Positions 30,013 through 40,575 are shown, counted from the stretch's first letter. The stretch is 60,638 nucleotides of DNA from a virus (IMGVR_UViG_3300006641_000002:1-60638), one strand, 5' to 3'. Notes: generated by a model from the sequence alone, not told the origin. Numbers and translations: made by a program.

Positions 30013-32348
30013 GGCGCAGCCCTTAGCCCTGCCGTCATGGGTATCGATGCATTTACGGGCGGTTGAACTAGAAGCGGGGTGTTATTTCCAAACGGATCGT
30101 CGTCTGAATCAACATCCTTCTTAGTGTTCTTGATGATGCTCTCAAGTCTATCAGCGAAAACCAGTAACGCCGCCGCAGCTTCGTTGTGACTCTTTATTTC
30201 CGCTGCCTTCTCTGCCGGGTAACTACTGTCTGGATTCGCTGACGAAAGTACGTCACGAATCCAACTCCCAGCCTCGTTTGCGCGTTCTTGTTCACTGTCG
30301 ACCATCGAACGAACAAGTTTCAACGCTGACTGAGCGGCCGCAAGTTTCTTGGTTGGGCTTTTGTACTTCTCACCCGTCGGTGATTCATTTTTTTCAAGTC
30401 GATCCACCATCTCCGAAACAACTTTTGGTCGCTCGGTGAGATCCTTTTTCGCCTTGTCGTCTTTGATGTCCGAAACAACCTTCACGCCGAGAGCAGCGGC
30501 GACAACTCCAGCAATCGCAAGACCGATCGGATTGGCAAGCATCGGAAGCGTCGCGGTGATGGCCGGAACCATGCCTCTGGACATGACGCCCGTAGCGGTC
30601 GCAACCGCAGCGTCTGCCGTGGCCGTGCCAATAAGCATGCGCTCAATGCCCTTCGTCACAACGTTACCAATAGCGACGGCGGCGAGCTCTTTCGCGACGC
30701 TCGCGCCTATCATTGTGGCAACGCCCGATAGCGGGTTTTTGATGACCCAATCCACAAAGCCAGCCACTGCCTTGAGCATCTTGGCGAACTGCGGAATAAG
30801 CTCCTTGATGGTCGGAACCATGTCGATGATGACTGGGATGAGCTCGGAAGCAATGCGCTCGCGTAGCTCGTTCATCGTTGACGCAAGACGCTTGTCAATT
30901 TCTTGCATGCGCTTGGCGGCGTCTTCACGCACCGTGGTTTCAGAGAGTGCGGCGTTTTCAAACTTGTTGAACGCCTCATCAACCGCCTTCATGCCTGCGG
31001 CGCCACCTCCGGCTCGGTTGTACACGTCCTGATAACCTGCGACGGCTCGATAGGACATGTGGCCGAACATTTCTAAAAGCAGAGATGGATCGCCCTTCGT
31101 CCTCGCGATCGTCTCCTTGATGATCTCCTTGGGGTCGCGGAGAAACTTCCCCGTCTTGTCCATCGTCTTGATTCCAAGCGCCTCGAACTTGTCGCGCTTG
31201 TTGATTATGTCGGTCGCAAGACGAACCACGGCCTCGGTGGCTTCGGGAGCCGCCGTAGCACCACCGGTTGCGGCGGCTTGCTGTACAATGGCGGACAGCT
31301 GCGAGAACGCGGAACCCTTGTTCTCGAACTGCGCAGCGCCGGAGCTGATACGGCCAGCATATTGGGCAAGCTCACGCATGTCGACCGAGCCCTCACGGCC
31401 CGCGCCAGCAAGAACACGCATCTGCATTAGCGTCTTGCTCATGTCGCCCGTGCCCATGTGCACGATGCCGGCGGTTTGCAGAAGCTCACGCATGTCGGCG
31501 CCGGTCGCGGTCGCCAGCTCCGTAAGCGCGCTAAGTCCCTTGAGGCCGGCAAGAACGTCGCCGCTCTTGGCAACAAATGCGTCTAGGCCTGAGAGAACAT
31601 CGCCCGTGCTCATGCCGTACTGTGTGGCGACGCTTGACGCCCTCGAGCGAAGGTCGTTTGAGGACACTTTGTTGCCAGCCTGGTTGGCGAGGTCAGCGGC
31701 CTTGCCACGGTCCTCAAGTCCCTTTTGCACGGAGTCGGCCACCGAAAAGCCGCCAAGCACACCAAGGGTCATCGTTGCAGCATTGGCGACAGTGCCAAAG
31801 CCTTTCATGATGCCGCCCTTGATGGCACCAGCGGCGCCCGATGTGACGGTCGACGACCCTGGCAAACGTCCGATGCGCTCCGTGGCTCGCCTATGAGCAT
31901 CGACAACGGCGTCGCTTTGAAGGCGCGCCTGTTCGGTGATGTGCTTCGTGGAATCTTCGACCGTGCGGCGGCGGGCCATGTAGAACCGCTGCACTTGTTG
32001 AAGCTGCTTTAGACCCTCGCGCTGCTCAATAAGGGTTTGTTGAGCGGAAGCCATTTCGTGCGTGCGAGTGACCGCGGATGCGGCGGCTTTTTCGTAATCA
32101 GCCCACCTTTTCGTCGCAGCGCTGACTTGCTTCCGCATCTTGGCAGATGCGTCGGTGATGTTCTTGAACGCGTCGACGTTGCTTTTTTCAATCGCTGCGG
32201 CGATGGCTTTTTCAAACCGTTCAAAGCTCTTTGCCGAGCTTAACACCTTGCGCTGCATGGCAGATGCAGCTTCGGTCACGGTACGAAACGCCTCTTGAAC
32301 GTTCTGAATACCGCCGGCTTGAAAGTCGACGCGGATTGGTTCGCCCAC
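30009..32348 (-). CDS. Tape measure protein
   Basis: 779 aa, Ala/Gly-rich and helical; lies between the chaperone and the gp43-like gene. Confidence 0.85.
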   Translation of the reverse strand: MGEPIRVDFQAGGIQNVQEAFRTVTEAASAMQRKVLSSAKSFERFEKAIAAAIEKSNVDAFKNITDASAKMRKQVSAATKRWADYEKAAASAVTRTHEMASAQQTLIEQREGLKQLQQVQRFYMARRRTVEDSTKHITEQARLQSDAVVDAHRRATERIGRLPGSSTVTSGAAGAIKGGIMKGFGTVANAATMTLGVLGGFSVADSVQKGLEDRGKAADLANQAGNKVSSNDLRSRASSVATQYGMSTGDVLSGLDAFVAKSGDVLAGLKGLSALTELATATGADMRELLQTAGIVHMGTGDMSKTLMQMRVLAGAGREGSVDMRELAQYAGRISSGAAQFENKGSAFSQLSAIVQQAAATGGATAAPEATEAVVRLATDIINKRDKFEALGIKTMDKTGKFLRDPKEIIKETIARTKGDPSLLLEMFGHMSYRAVAGYQDVYNRAGGGAAGMKAVDEAFNKFENAALSETTVREDAAKRMQEIDKRLASTMNELRERIASELIPVIIDMVPTIKELIPQFAKMLKAVAGFVDWVIKNPLSGVATMIGASVAKELAAVAIGNVVTKGIERMLIGTATADAAVATATGVMSRGMVPAITATLPMLANPIGLAIAGVVAAALGVKVVSDIKDDKAKKDLTERPKVVSEMVDRLEKNESPTGEKYKSPTKKLAAAQSALKLVRSMVDSEQERANEAGSWIRDVLSSANPDSSYPAEKAAEIKSHNEAAAALLVFADRLESIIKNTKKDVDSDDDPFGNNTPLLVQPPVNASIPMTAGLRAAP

Positions 32349-32355
32349 TCGATAC

Positions 32356-32997
32356 CTATTCCGTTACGTTCTCTGCTTCATTTGGTTTGGAGCTTTCGTC
32401 GTGCGGCAATCCATCCGAGGATTTGTCCGTCCGTGAGTCGTACAGACGGCACGCCATAGTACGCGCCAGGTTCGTCAGCGCGCCCCATGAGAGCAAACCT
32501 AAAGGGTCGGCGCTCCCTCCCTCGGCGAGCACAGTGATCCAGGTTTCGACCTCGTCGTCGGTCATCGTGGCGACGATTGGCCCAAGCTCTTGCTGCACAG
32601 TGAGATACGCGTGAAACATCACGCCAACCTCGTCGCTTGTGAGCCCAGCCTGGATCTCGTGCGGCGTGCGAAATGCGTTTTTTGACGTGTCGTCAACATC
32701 ACGGCACGCTCGAAAAAGAATCTCGATAGCCGCGAGGTTGTTGTACACGTCCGCGTAACCCGCTTGAGCCTCTTCCTTTTTCGGAATGTCAGCGCCAAGC
32801 AACTTGCGGGTACGCCTCTCTGCCTCCGCCGCCGCCGCGTTCATTTCTTCCTGCGTGAGCACGACAAGCGCCACTTCGCCGACGGGTTTGCCGTCAGGCC
32901 CCTTGCGAGGAATCTCGGTGATGCGATGAGGTCGTGTGACGCTTGTGAGCTTGAGAAACAATGAGGACGCGGCGACGTCCTTTGGAGGCAAATTCAT
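32356..32997 (-). CDS. Tail assembly chaperone (by position)
   Basis: Between the tube and tape measure genes. Confidence 0.6.
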   Translation of the reverse strand: MNLPPKDVAASSLFLKLTSVTRPHRITEIPRKGPDGKPVGEVALVVLTQEEMNAAAAEAERRTRKLLGADIPKKEEAQAGYADVYNNLAAIEILFRACRDVDDTSKNAFRTPHEIQAGLTSDEVGVMFHAYLTVQQELGPIVATMTDDEVETWITVLAEGGSADPLGLLSWGALTNLARTMACRLYDSRTDKSSDGLPHDESSKPNEAENVTE

Positions 32998-33008
32998 GTA
33001 CTACCTAA

Positions 33009-33380
33009 TCAAGTCCAATCGGCGAACTCGCCCATAAAGTCGAAAGACAACTTGGCTTCGGCGTTCACCGAATGGCTAAAGTCATCCTTGGTAAAAAAGC
33101 CGTTTGTTTCGAGCGTGCGACCGCCCGCAAAAATGGTCAGCTTCACCGGCTGCATTGCCTTGATGTACCCACCAGGGTTCAACTCAAAGTCAGACGCTGG
33201 CACGGCTGACTCGATGGAAATCATAAGCTCCTTTGCGCCCGGAGACATTCCGGCAAACCCGCGCGCTACCGTGTTGACCGGCTGCGCTTTCGAGTCGCGC
33301 GTAACCTTGACGCTCGCCTCTTCCATGAGCTTGCGACCGTCGACGTAAACTTCGGCGAACGTATAAATTTGCGTGCTCAT
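33009..33380 (-). CDS. Tail tube protein
   Basis: 123-aa beta-rich protein directly after the sheath. Confidence 0.75.
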   Translation of the reverse strand: MSTQIYTFAEVYVDGRKLMEEASVKVTRDSKAQPVNTVARGFAGMSPGAKELMISIESAVPASDFELNPGGYIKAMQPVKLTIFAGGRTLETNGFFTKDDFSHSVNAEAKLSFDFMGEFADWT

Positions 33381-34918
33381 TAGGCCACCTGCGCGATGTC
33401 GGTTGCGAATTGATCGGCAATGTCGATGAAGTCGACTTGTGCGCGCGCGCTGAGGCGCGTCGTCGGCGTGGTCTCGCGCTGCACGACGAGGCTCGCGATG
33501 GTTTGATCGACGTTCTCGATGCGGTCCTTCGCTTCGTGCACACGCAGAAGACCGATGAACGCAGAACGGAAGATGGCGGGTGTGACGACGTCAGGCCCCG
33601 GCGTGCGCTGACCGATCACCGGATCGTTGCCAATCTTCTTTCCGGTGAACTGCTGACTGACGAGCGCGTCCCAATCGTCGGCAAGGAAGTCCGCGAACGT
33701 GACCTTGTGCGCGTCGCGAATGCGGAAGTCTGACAGCACACCGTTACGGCAATACGACGTGATGCGCTTGACGATGTACGTGATGCCTCGAGCGCCTACC
33801 GCTACGGGCGTCACACCGTTGTTGAGGGCAGCGACAATTTCCGCGCGAGTGAGTGCGCGCCCGGAAAGCGGCGCTTTGAGATTCCAGTTTCGAGCCGTTG
33901 CAGCGTCGGAGCCGTAGCCGGAAAAGTTGGCGCGTGGCTCGGCTTGCGATTCCTCGTAGCTGTAGACGCCAACGGCGGCGGCGGCGACTTGTTCTGGCCT
34001 ACGGTCGCTGTCAGGCGCCCAAATCACTTCACATCGGGCGTGGTTGGTTGCGACTGCCGATGCAAGCGTGTTGGCTTGCGTGTCGGTCGAACCAACAAAG
34101 ACGCGTTGACGAATGCCGTTGAGTGGCAAAGCCATCTCATCGACCTGCGCCATAAGGGCGGCAAGGCTTGAATTGCTGCCGTCCGTCGCGCCGTAGGCCG
34201 CGCTTTGCTCGGTGACAATGTAATAGAACCGATGCGGCTTTATCGTCGCGAGCGCGTTGGCGTAGGACACGTCCGTGACGTCTCCGCCCGAAAGGCGCGT
34301 CGCCGTCGTCGGCGTAACCGTGAGGCCGGTGACTTCAAAAAAGGCTGCTTTGAACTTTGAAAAGTGAGCCTGTTCCCCTGCAACCTTGTCGGTGAGAGTA
34401 ACGGTTGCGCCGGATGCGCTTGCTACGACGCCAAGGTGTTTTTTGGCGTTGATGGCTGGTTCCAAAATCGCGGCGACGCTTGCAGCGGTCGCATCCTTGG
34501 CAACGCTGATGTCAATGGTGTCTTCGTCGATGTAGACGCGTAGCGTGCCGGCCTTCGTTGCCGTGCCCGAAAGCGTGATGGTGCCCGTGGCCTTTGCTCC
34601 CGACACATCAGCGGGGCAAACCACGTGCACGTTTGCCGACGGGTTGACGCGCACAATTTCGCGCCACATGCGATGCGCCGGCGAACCAGCTTGCAACAGC
34701 GCATCAGCGTCCGCCTCGGTCGTCAGCGACGGCTGCGACGTTGGACCGTAAATCATCGAATCGACGACGGCCGAACCCGCCGAACCCTTGCGCGCAATGA
34801 TGAGAATATCGCGCACCGCCGACGCTCCGGCGGCTTGGCCTTGGGCAAAGCCAACGTTGATGTACGAGCCGGGGACGGGGTCATTGACGGTGAGCCCCGG
34901 CAAAACAATCGTGCTCAT
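33380..34918 (-). CDS. Contractile tail sheath (Mu gpL-like)
   Basis: VPGSYINVGF, ATGTITLSGTAT.AGTL, ALNNGVTPV...RITSY. Confidence 0.88.
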   Translation of the reverse strand: MSTIVLPGLTVNDPVPGSYINVGFAQGQAAGASAVRDILIIARKGSAGSAVVDSMIYGPTSQPSLTTEADADALLQAGSPAHRMWREIVRVNPSANVHVVCPADVSGAKATGTITLSGTATKAGTLRVYIDEDTIDISVAKDATAASVAAILEPAINAKKHLGVVASASGATVTLTDKVAGEQAHFSKFKAAFFEVTGLTVTPTTATRLSGGDVTDVSYANALATIKPHRFYYIVTEQSAAYGATDGSNSSLAALMAQVDEMALPLNGIRQRVFVGSTDTQANTLASAVATNHARCEVIWAPDSDRRPEQVAAAAVGVYSYEESQAEPRANFSGYGSDAATARNWNLKAPLSGRALTRAEIVAALNNGVTPVAVGARGITYIVKRITSYCRNGVLSDFRIRDAHKVTFADFLADDWDALVSQQFTGKKIGNDPVIGQRTPGPDVVTPAIFRSAFIGLLRVHEAKDRIENVDQTIASLVVQRETTPTTRLSARAQVDFIDIADQFATDIAQVA

Positions 34919-35217
34919 GTTTCAGTTCCTGCCTGCGCGTCGTCCGCGCCTTTGGAGGTCGGTGTTGGTGTCGGGGTCCACGCAACGCCGCACGCGGCGG
35001 CCGTCGCTTCGTCGCAAGGCTCGAGAGCTCCCTCACGCACGGCGCGCACGTACTCAGCGCGAGCCGGTATCGTCGTCGGCTCAACGCGCGCCCGAAGGGC
35101 GTGATTGTTATCGACCTTGCACCACTCGCGCCCGATGTAGATTGGCGGATTGGCTTTCAGGTTTTCAAAGTCGGGCACAAGGCCAGCCTTCGCGCGCACG
35201 CGCAAAACGGTAGTCAT
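34915..35217 (-). CDS. Small protein preceding the sheath (DUF2635-like position)
   Basis: LRVRAKAGLVPD...EYVRAVREGAL; ATGA overlap with the sheath. Confidence 0.6.
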   Translation of the reverse strand: MTTVLRVRAKAGLVPDFENLKANPPIYIGREWCKVDNNHALRARVEPTTIPARAEYVRAVREGALEPCDEATAAACGVAWTPTPTPTSKGADDAQAGTET

Positions 35218-35278
35218 CGCCGAAATGAGTCCCTTCGATTTCAAAGAACGTTGCGTGCACACTGCACGCATCACGTCA

Positions 35279-35333
35279 GACAAACGAAAGGCGAGGCATG
35301 ACCGTGTGGGAGTCATGCCCCGCCTTCGTTGTC
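35279..35333 (-). terminator. Long hairpin, probable terminator
   Basis: AAGGCGAGGCATGAC / GTCATGCCCCGCCTT inverted repeat just after the stop at 35343. Confidence 0.55.
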
Positions 35334-35342
35334 AGGTCGCTA

Positions 35343-36662
35343 TCAGGCGGCCTTCTTGCCCTGGTCGATGATGGAAACGAACAAGTCGCTCGCGTTCATG
35401 GCAAAGCCCACGAGGATGAGGTTTTTTCCAGCGCCGGGCTGCGTGGTGCCGATGCCGCCGCCGTCCTGCACATAGTATTTGTCGCCAGCCGTCGCGCCCG
35501 AGAGCACGCCTGGGCAAACGCCGTGGCTGACGACCTTAGCCGTGCCGGAAGCGAAGGCGCGCACAACGCCGGTCACCCAACGCTTGCTGTCGTCGCCCGC
35601 GTCGGCTTCGCCAACGGCGTCATTGCCGGAGTGGTAAACCGCATCGCCAGCCGCAAGGCCAGAGCCCGAGAAGGCGGCCTCGATGCGCTTGTGCTGGTGG
35701 AGCGACGTGGCATCCGACTCGATGCCAGCGGTGAGGGTGCCGAGGTTGGCGGCGGTGACGTCGGAGGAGACGGCGCTGCCAGCGATTTTGAAAAGCGAAG
35801 GAACGCCAGTGACATCCAAGCCGCTTGAAGACTTCGAGAGGCGGTCGGCGCTTGCGAGCTTGAGGTCAAGTTTGCCAGAGCTGAATTGCAAGCCGGGGTC
35901 GGTAGCGAGGTCGACAACGAGTTTGTTCGACCCGTCAACCGCAATACCGTCACCTTCGAGAACGTTGAGCGTGTTGCCGTTCTTCTCAAGGGCGATGCCA
36001 GCGAGAACAACACCGGCAGACGAGAACTGCACCCAGGTCTGAGCGGTCGTGCCGAGGGTAAAGACCTCGTCAGCCGTCATGACCCAACCGGTGTCATGAT
36101 ACGACGAGCCCTCCTCAACGAAGCAGAACGCGCCGGCGTTCAGCTCGGCGGAGCTGTCGGCGTCTTCCGAGCGCGACCACGAGCCAGCGGCGACAACGTA
36201 GATACCGTTGTCGGCGGCGGTTGTTTGGCCAGCGACGAGAACGCGGTCACCAGCGACGACAGATACGCCGTCGATGGTCTGTGTGCCTGACAGCGTGATG
36301 TTGCTGACGGCAATGGCGCGAACGGACTGCTTGAAGTCGAGGCCGGTCTTGACGGCGTCGACATAGAACTTGGTGGCCGCATCCTGCGCGCTGGCAGGAT
36401 TTCCGAGGTTGGTGATTTTGTACGTGCCGGCGTCGAGAGCTGCCTGAAGAGCGCCCGTGACGGTGAGGTTGACGATGCTGGCGTTCTGGCCCCAGGCGAG
36501 CGCGTCGCCGGAGCTGTCGGCTTGGGCCAGCCCGGTGATCTTGTTGCTCCCCATCGCAATCGCGCCGCTCATGGTGAGCGCGCCAAGTGCAATTGAATCG
36601 CTCGCGGCCATTTCTTCCGCGAAGCCGCCTGCCGTCATGAACATCGGTTTACGAAGCGCCAT
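35343..36662 (-). CDS. Virion fibre/decoration protein (paralog 1)
   Basis: KITNLGNP..AQDAATK.YVD and LSGTQTIDGV..GDRVLV..Q...NGIY motifs; GGAGG RBS. Confidence 0.75.
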   Translation of the reverse strand: MALRKPMFMTAGGFAEEMAASDSIALGALTMSGAIAMGSNKITGLAQADSSGDALAWGQNASIVNLTVTGALQAALDAGTYKITNLGNPASAQDAATKFYVDAVKTGLDFKQSVRAIAVSNITLSGTQTIDGVSVVAGDRVLVAGQTTAADNGIYVVAAGSWSRSEDADSSAELNAGAFCFVEEGSSYHDTGWVMTADEVFTLGTTAQTWVQFSSAGVVLAGIALEKNGNTLNVLEGDGIAVDGSNKLVVDLATDPGLQFSSGKLDLKLASADRLSKSSSGLDVTGVPSLFKIAGSAVSSDVTAANLGTLTAGIESDATSLHQHKRIEAAFSGSGLAAGDAVYHSGNDAVGEADAGDDSKRWVTGVVRAFASGTAKVVSHGVCPGVLSGATAGDKYYVQDGGGIGTTQPGAGKNLILVGFAMNASDLFVSIIDQGKKAA

Positions 36663-36772
36663 GTAACCCTCCGAGGACGTTTTTTTTGAATGTCAAAGAT
36701 CGAAATAACGGCTTTGCCGCACGACCGACGACGACGGGCAGCTAAGGCAAGTAAGGTGAAGCTATTTGCGAA

Positions 36773-38872
36773 TCAGATTGCGCGTTTGCCTTGGTCGATC
36801 ACGCGCACGTCAAGGTCAGTCGCGTTGATGGCAACACCGACCACAACGGCGTTTTCGCCCGCCGCCGGCTGCGTTGCGGTAAGCCCGCCGCCGCTTGCGA
36901 GGTAGTATTTCGTGCCCGCCGTCGCGCCCGAAAGCACGCTTGGGCAGACGCCCTTCGACACGATTTTCACCGTGCCACCTGACGATGCGCGAACGATGCC
37001 GGATACCCATCGCTTGCCATCGTCGGAGGAGTCGGCGGCAACAACCGTGTTGTTTGCCGAGATGTACACGGGAGAGCCGACCGAAAGCGAACCGCTGTAG
37101 GCTGCTTCCACGCGCTGATGTTCGTGCAAGCTCGTGGCGTCACTATCAATTCCCGCCGTGAGCGTGCCGAGGTTTGCCGCCGTTACGTTGGAAGACACGG
37201 AGGTGCCGTCCAGCTTGAACGGCGATGGCAAACCCGTAACGTCAAGGCCAGACGCGTCCTTTGCAAGACGGTCAGCGCTTGCGAGTTTCAAATCCAATTT
37301 GCTCGACGTGAATTGCAGACCAGGGTCAGTTGCAAGGTCGATGACAAGTTGGTTTGAACCGTTGACGGCCAAGCCATCGGCAAACAAGACGTTGAGCGTG
37401 TTGCCGACCTTTTCGAGCGCGACGCCCGGAAGCGTGACGCCCTTTGCGGAGAACTGCACCCAGGTTTGCGAGCTTGTTCCGAGCGTAAACGCTTCGTCGC
37501 CCGTCATCACCCATCCGGTGTCCGCGTAGCTCGTTCCCTCCGACACGAAGCAGAAGGAGTCTGGACCGAGCTTCGCCGTGGTGTCCGCGTCGATTGCCCG
37601 CGACCATGACCCAGATGCAGCGACGTAAATGCCAGAGGCTGCGCCGTTGCCCGCAACGAGCACTCTGTCGCCAGCCGCAAGGCTTACGCCGTCAATCGTT
37701 TGAAGTCCGCTTAGCGTGATGCCCGAAACGGCTATCGCGCGAACGGAATCCTTGAAATCAAGCGATTGCTTGAACTGGTCAACGTACGCTTTCGATGCAG
37801 CGTCCTGTGCAGACGTTGGGTCGGCGATGTTTGTGATTTTGAACGCGCCCGCATCAAGAGATGCACCAAGCGCGCCGGTGATCGTTAGGTCGGCGATGCT
37901 TGCGTTACGGCCCCACGCCAGGATGTCACCAGATGCGGAGGCTTGCGCGATGCCGGTGATCTTGTTCGACCCCATCGCGAGGGCGCCCGTGAGCGACAAT
38001 GCACCGAGCTGAATGCTATCGGTCGCTTGCATTTCCACGGGCTTACCGTCGGCGCCGATGAACAAGGGTTTGCGAAGGTTTCCGCCACCGCCGCCGCCTC
38101 CGCCGCCACCGCCGCCGCCTGCCTCATACGGAGAGTCGGCGACAAATCGACGGAGCAAATCGGGCTCCCAACCCGTATCAATGATTTCAAAACCCGATGG
38201 AAAGGAAAAACTAAGGTCGATGCCGCTCGCAGACGAGTTTGTAAAAGCGGTGTTGTCATCGTCAAACTTAAGCAGCAACTTCGTCGAACCCGCGATATCC
38301 GCGAGAGGCGCCGATGGTGCACTAAAATTAGCCGTGTATACCGGTGCTCCCACCGTCCACCGCAAATCGTCGATTAAGACTCCGCGATGTTCCTGCCCCA
38401 AATTCTGCACCGTGTTGCCGCCAAAGGAAAGCCTCCCACCTCCTACCGACTGGTTTGCGTCGATGGTCGTAGAGGCTGCCATAGCGCCATTCACATAAAG
38501 CTTTAGCGATGTTCCACTTCTGACTAATGCGTAATGTACCCACGTATCAGGCCCAACGACCCAAAACGACTCCGTCGGATGAGTCGTAAAGCTGGCTCGA
38601 TTGCCAGCACCAAGAGCATGCAACTGAGTGCCGTTGTTTGCGATCACTCCACTCATGCCGACGGTAGGGTCGAACATAAATCCGACGCAAACCCCCGAAC
38701 CTGGACTTGTTCCAATTTGGAATACGCCGGTTCTTGTTTCACGCCAATAAGCCCCCCCCTTGATCCATGCCTCTAGGCAAAAATCAGAAGTACTAGCTGA
38801 CAGATCCGCTCCATACTGAGGCCCGCCGTAATTACCTGTTGTCTGCAAACACTTTCCAATAGGCATGAGCAA
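36773..38872 (-). CDS. LamG-domain fibre/decoration protein (paralog 2)
   Basis: N-terminal LamG (DFCLEAWIK, WVHYALVRSG..LKLYVNG, IDDLRWT), poly-Gly linker, then a full copy of the 35343-36662 protein. Confidence 0.8.
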   Translation of the reverse strand: MLMPIGKCLQTTGNYGGPQYGADLSASTSDFCLEAWIKGGAYWRETRTGVFQIGTSPGSGVCVGFMFDPTVGMSGVIANNGTQLHALGAGNRASFTTHPTESFWVVGPDTWVHYALVRSGTSLKLYVNGAMAASTTIDANQSVGGGRLSFGGNTVQNLGQEHRGVLIDDLRWTVGAPVYTANFSAPSAPLADIAGSTKLLLKFDDDNTAFTNSSASGIDLSFSFPSGFEIIDTGWEPDLLRRFVADSPYEAGGGGGGGGGGGGGNLRKPLFIGADGKPVEMQATDSIQLGALSLTGALAMGSNKITGIAQASASGDILAWGRNASIADLTITGALGASLDAGAFKITNIADPTSAQDAASKAYVDQFKQSLDFKDSVRAIAVSGITLSGLQTIDGVSLAAGDRVLVAGNGAASGIYVAASGSWSRAIDADTTAKLGPDSFCFVSEGTSYADTGWVMTGDEAFTLGTSSQTWVQFSAKGVTLPGVALEKVGNTLNVLFADGLAVNGSNQLVIDLATDPGLQFTSSKLDLKLASADRLAKDASGLDVTGLPSPFKLDGTSVSSNVTAANLGTLTAGIDSDATSLHEHQRVEAAYSGSLSVGSPVYISANNTVVAADSSDDGKRWVSGIVRASSGGTVKIVSKGVCPSVLSGATAGTKYYLASGGGLTATQPAAGENAVVVGVAINATDLDVRVIDQGKRAI

Positions 38873-38925
38873 GACTCCAGTTTGTGAAGGGTTAGACGTA
38901 ATTTCAAAGATCGAACAGCTTCGAT

Positions 38926-39426
38926 TTACGACTGAACGGTGATTCGTCCCGTGTCGCCGTCGTAAAGAACCTTTTGAAGATTGACGGCGTATTTGCGCTC
39001 GATGGCCGTTTGCAAATGATGAAGCGCGGCCTCCTTGCTTCTGGCGTTTGCCGTCACCTGCGCAAGCTGATGCGCCATCTGGCGAACGCGTTCTTCAAAG
39101 TCCAACTTGGCCTTTTCAAAATCAGATTTGGCCTTTTCGATTGCCAGCTTGTGAAGCTGGATGTCTTTGAGAGCCGATTGCGCTTCGAGCTGACGTCGCT
39201 CGTAAAAGTGAAGGTCAGCGCGCGTGAAATACAGTTGTCCGTCAAGAACGCTAGGCCCCGAAAGCTCCGTCAAAAGCGATGCAACCTCGGGGCTCGCGGG
39301 CGCCTGCGCGGGCGCTTCGACGTGCGACGGAAGCGGAGCTTGCAAAGCGTCAACCGTAACGCTTTCGGCCTTTGGTTTGCGAGTACGTGGACGAGGCGAA
39401 GCAGAGGAAGAACGTCGTGATGCCAT
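38926..39426 (-). CDS. Hypothetical coiled-coil protein
   Basis: 166 aa with a heptad pattern. Confidence 0.6.
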   Translation of the reverse strand: MASRRSSSASPRPRTRKPKAESVTVDALQAPLPSHVEAPAQAPASPEVASLLTELSGPSVLDGQLYFTRADLHFYERRQLEAQSALKDIQLHKLAIEKAKSDFEKAKLDFEERVRQMAHQLAQVTANARSKEAALHHLQTAIERKYAVNLQKVLYDGDTGRITVQS

Positions 39427-39459
39427 ATCTGTTTGAAATACCGTTTTGTTGATTGCCCA

Positions 39460-40575
39460 TTAGATGAGGCGCACCATCTCGAACGATGGGCGCACAAGGA
39501 GTTGGTCGGCTTGAAAGCTCACGCCGAACACCTGCAAAAAGATTGGGCCTGTCGGCGCCGTGGGCGTAAGGCGACCATCGCGACCGACGAAAAGGCGCCC
39601 GGTCGACGTAAGACCAAGCATCGGCAAGACGCCGAAATAACAGACCGTGCACAGCGTCGAGGCTTGTTTGCTCACCAGCACGCCCACCGCCGGCATCTTC
39701 GCGAAGTCGGTTGGGTCAACGCGTGTGACTTGCTGCATGCCAGCGACAGGAGGCGCGGACACATAGACAAGGTCGCCCGGCACGTCGGTCGCTTGGCAGT
39801 TGGCGAGAAACGTAAGCGGGTCGTCAAGATTCGACGGGTTGGTGTTGTTCGCAGGCCCTAACGTCGACGTGATGAGCGACGTGATGCCGCTGACCGCGCC
39901 GGGCCTTGGGAACTCAACGATTTCCTCTTCGAGCGCCGTGTCGGTGAGGTCATCGAAGGCGTCGAGTTGCGGGATGTCGCGCTCGGTGACGAGAAGCGAC
40001 ATGGTGACCGCTGGGAAGGTCAATCCGCCGCCGGCTTCCCAATCGCCATAGGTTACATCGCTGCACTCGATGCTTTCGAGGTTGGCGTACAAAGGGCCGA
40101 AAACGCGTGCGTTGTTGTTCCACTGCGAATCGCACCCGGCTTCGATGCGTGAGTCGATGGTGCGCGCCACAACCCTAAGCGCGGGCTTTAGCCGTTCGCG
40201 CTGACCTGGTGACAGAGGAGGCAGCACGTAGTGGAGGCGCCACTCGTTCTTGGCGTGCCGATACGAATTAGAGCTCCACCCTTGGCTATCCTTGACCCGT
40301 TCGATGGCAAGAAGTGGGAAGCGCGCTTGCTCTTCGGTGAGGTAAGCCTTGGGCGAGTCAGGTAGAGCGTAAGCAACGGCAAAGTCGACAGGAGCGCCGC
40401 ACGATTCCGCTTCGGCGACGAGTCTTATTCCGACGTACCGGTTGATGACGTGCTCGAAAAAATCCAAGCACCAGTACACCGATGGATCGGCGTCCTTGAG
40501 AAATGTGTTCGTCGTCGACGGCGTGAGCGGAAAGACCGTCGCGCCGTTGCCAAAGGTCGAGTATTCGAGCGCCAT
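39460..40575 (-). CDS. Tail terminator-like neck protein with an extra C-terminal decoration-like domain
   Basis: Position after the gp10-like gene; FPLLAIER motif; C-terminal GDLVYVS...AVGV resembles the ends of the fibre paralogs. Confidence 0.55.
   Translation of the reverse strand: MALEYSTFGNGATVFPLTPSTTNTFLKDADPSVYWCLDFFEHVINRYVGIRLVAEAESCGAPVDFAVAYALPDSPKAYLTEEQARFPLLAIERVKDSQGWSSNSYRHAKNEWRLHYVLPPLSPGQRERLKPALRVVARTIDSRIEAGCDSQWNNNARVFGPLYANLESIECSDVTYGDWEAGGGLTFPAVTMSLLVTERDIPQLDAFDDLTDTALEEEIVEFPRPGAVSGITSLITSTLGPANNTNPSNLDDPLTFLANCQATDVPGDLVYVSAPPVAGMQQVTRVDPTDFAKMPAVGVLVSKQASTLCTVCYFGVLPMLGLTSTGRLFVGRDGRLTPTAPTGPIFLQVFGVSFQADQLLVRPSFEMVRLI

Noticed and set aside
32340-32997. Programmed frameshift in the tail chaperone
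   Set aside because: The ORF runs to within 8 nt of the tape measure start, leaving no second frame to shift into.
35343-38100. Diversity-generating retroelement or invertible fibre cassette
   Set aside because: No reverse transcriptase is present. The paralogs are in direct orientation and differ throughout, not only at adenines.
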